DNA of 64,000 nt from Patescibacteria group bacterium (lineage in GTDB: Bacteria > Patescibacteriota > Microgenomatia > Levybacterales > GWA1-39-11). How positions within the stretch are numbered: the first letter of the stretch is position 1; each line of letters starts with the position of its first letter. A program made the translations under genes and the position numbers. The stretch covers positions 4,514-68,513 of the forward strand of contig DASZRC010000027.1 of assembly GCA_035549315.1 (NCBI GenBank), in the 5' to 3' direction. The notes under the pieces were generated by a model. The model worked only from the letters and a program-made list of their open reading frames with translations. It had not been told where the DNA came from and did not search any database. Positions 62,091 through 64,000 of this stretch are shown here, piece after piece.

Positions 62091-62696
62091 ATGTTTAAAC
62101 TTCCGGAACTTCCTTACGACTACGACGCCTTGGCTCCATATATAAGCACTGACATACAACATTTGCATCATGACAAACACCACCAAGCATATGTAGATAA
62201 TCTTAATAAAGCGCTAGCAGATTATCCTGATTGGCAAGAGAAATCTATTGAGGAAATAATAACAAGTCTTGACCAAGTTCCGGATGCTATAAAAACGGTT
62301 GTTAGAAATAATGGTGGCGGTCACTATAACCACTCTATGTTCTGGGAAATGATGGCCCCAAAGAAGGACCAAAAACCATCCGGCACCCTACTTGATAAAA
62401 TCCAGCATGACTTTGGAGAATTTGAAACATTCAAAACCCAATTTACGGAAGGCGCTACAAAGGTATTTGGAAGCGGTTGGATGTGGCTTGTAAAAGACGG
62501 GGACAAACTTGCTCTTATGAGTACCCCCAACCAAGACAGCCCATTAACATCCGGTAAAATTCCACTCCTGGGACTGGACGTTTGGGAACATGCTTATTAT
62601 TTGCAGTATTACAACAAAAGGGCCGATTACATAGAAGCTTGGTGGAACATTGTAAATTGGGAAGACACTGCAAAACGCCTCGATACAACTCTATAA
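62091..62696 (+). CDS. sodA: Fe/Mn superoxide dismutase
   Basis: Motifs LPELPYDYDALAPYIS, HHDKHHQAYV and DVWEHAYYLQYYNKRADY. Confidence 0.9.
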   Translation: MFKLPELPYDYDALAPYISTDIQHLHHDKHHQAYVDNLNKALADYPDWQEKSIEEIITSLDQVPDAIKTVVRNNGGGHYNHSMFWEMMAPKKDQKPSGTLLDKIQHDFGEFETFKTQFTEGATKVFGSGWMWLVKDGDKLALMSTPNQDSPLTSGKIPLLGLDVWEHAYYLQYYNKRADYIEAWWNIVNWEDTAKRLDTTL

Positions 62697-62754
62697 TTAG
62701 TTCTTAGATCTTGGTTCTTAGATATTTAGGTTACCTCCTTGGTATAATCCACTT

Positions 62755-63312
62755 ATGCTTTATATTATTGGTGGTGCTGCAAGATCCGGGAAAAGTATAA
62801 TATCAAGAAAATTTACACAGGATTTTGGAATACCATCTTTTTCCATAGACTTCCTAATAACAGTGCTTGAAAACGCACCGGAACACGATATTAGTCACGG
62901 ACAACAAGCGATTCCAAAAGCTGAAAAGTTATGGAAGTTTTTAAAACCATTATGCCTCAACTTAATATATGAAGTTGATAAATATTTATTAGAAGGAGAC
63001 GGACTTTTACCAAAACACGTAGCAGAACTTCAAAAAGAATTTCCGGATAAGGTTCGCGCCTGCTTCTTTGGAGCAACAGAAGCAGAACCAAATACAAAGC
63101 TTGAAATAATAAGAAAATGGGAGAACTTGCCGGATGCTGCCTGGACAAAAAGATATGATGATGATGAACTTTTAAGAGTTATTGAGCGAATCAAAGAGTT
63201 TAGTATTTACCTCAAAGAAGAATGCAAAAAATACTCTATTCCCTACTTTGAAATGCATGACAATATAGACTCTACTTACGAAGAACTAAAAGATCTATTT
63301 ATTGATAACTAA
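62755..63312 (+). CDS. P-loop NTPase (AAA/kinase-like)
   Basis: Walker A motif GGAARSGKS. Confidence 0.5.
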   Translation: MLYIIGGAARSGKSIISRKFTQDFGIPSFSIDFLITVLENAPEHDISHGQQAIPKAEKLWKFLKPLCLNLIYEVDKYLLEGDGLLPKHVAELQKEFPDKVRACFFGATEAEPNTKLEIIRKWENLPDAAWTKRYDDDELLRVIERIKEFSIYLKEECKKYSIPYFEMHDNIDSTYEELKDLFIDN

Positions 63313-63650
63313 TCTGTCTTTTTGTGCTGCTCTGGAGTCCAAGCAGGCGTACAAGAAATAAAAAGTGTTGCCTCCCCTTCCCAATAATACTTTTCCAAAG
63401 GATCAATTAAAATCTGGTCGCCATCAGTAAATTTTGTTTCCTTCCCGTCTACTACAACCCTTCCCTTACCTCTTATAACAAAAGATAATTCTTTGCACTC
63501 TTCGTTATAAACCCGTCCCTCAGTAGGATACCTGCCATTTAATTCAATTACAGCTCCATTTATGGAATTATCCATGTGGTCATACTCATAAGAGGTCATT
63601 ACCTCGCTTACTTTTATAACTTTGGAATCGCGTTTATGAGATATGGTCAT
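63309..63650 (-). CDS. Cupin-domain protein
   Basis: Cupin beta-barrel motifs (…GAVIELNGRYPTEGRVYNEECKELSFVIRGKGRVVVDG…). Confidence 0.55.
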   Translation of the reverse strand: MTISHKRDSKVIKVSEVMTSYEYDHMDNSINGAVIELNGRYPTEGRVYNEECKELSFVIRGKGRVVVDGKETKFTDGDQILIDPLEKYYWEGEATLFISCTPAWTPEQHKKTD

Positions 63651-63816
63651 ACATTATTTTATCAAAAAAATCATTTGGTATCCGAGCCTAAACTATAAGA
63701 CTATGGTTTTGGTTTTCCCCACAGGTTATCCACATTTTCTTGTTTTTACTACAGGACATTCTTAGTTATTTGTGCCTAGATTTTGGTTTTTGGGGAAGAA
63801 AATGCCGTGGATAACT

Positions 63817-64000
63817 CTAACGGGGGAAATTCTCTAAAAAAGTATACTTACCACCAACCACACATTTAGTGACGCGATGATTAAAGCTATTGCGCCGGCA
63901 ATTACCCTAAGGACGATTGGGTTAACAAACTCCCCCATTATACTGGTCTTGCTGGTAAAGAATAGGAGTGGAAAAACTGCGAAAGAAAGCTGAATAGACA
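63817..64000 (-). CDS. 3' end of a membrane-protein gene running off the window (partial)
   Basis: Manual translation of the minus strand gives an open frame …GEFVNPIVLRVIAGAIALIIASLNVWLVVSILFLENFPR-stop. Confidence 0.3.

Overview
AT-rich (~35% GC), gene-dense window. Gene content suggests a small-genome Patescibacteria/CPR-like bacterium, but that placement is an inference. Supporting it: many GT-C/PMT-like membrane glycosyltransferases including a YYY/DUF2298 protein, an LCP protein, a FemAB protein, type IV pilus PilN/PilO, ComF, a VirD4-like ATPase, a very large fraction of hypothetical proteins, and promoters sitting only 5-10 nt from start codons.

Supported features, in order along the window:
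- A frameshifted gene remnant at the left edge.
- PurM-like protein, MurJ flippase, ribosomal protein S20.
- A PilN/PilO module followed by a Pro/Thr-rich, membrane-anchored surface protein.
- A ~10 kb glycosylation island: four or five GT-C-like membrane proteins, a FAD oxidoreductase, an SDR epimerase and a YYY-domain protein.
- LCP protein, triosephosphate isomerase, UvrD/PcrA helicase, FemAB-family transferase.
- A Nudix hydrolase next to an ATP-cone plus PD-(D/E)xK nuclease fusion.
- A Type II R-M system with controller protein (Dam-like MTase, BamHI-like REase, C protein).
- A ~7 kb all-minus-strand run of ten unannotatable genes, built from tandemly duplicated modules with shared promoter cassettes and recurring 3' motifs. 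This is the best candidate for an undescribed system.
- Two cellulose-synthase-like GT2 proteins, one fused to a GH8 endoglucanase domain, plus a GH26-like hydrolase.
- A CPBP protease, two tRNA-Ser, a tRNA-Ile with a genomically encoded UAU anticodon, a VirD4/TraD-like ATPase, and a SpoIID-domain protein.
- SmpB followed directly by tmRNA, then ComF, Fe/Mn superoxide dismutase, a P-loop protein and a cupin.

Three families of short repeats are scattered through the window. Two are palindromic: one of them is inserted in-frame into two different CDSs, and the other is a CAGCTG-core element that occurs twice in intergenic DNA. The third, a GCAGCCAAACAACGT motif, recurs three times at the 3' ends of minus-strand genes. 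There are also two heptanucleotide microsatellites and a 40-bp duplication of a tRNA-Ser 3' end.
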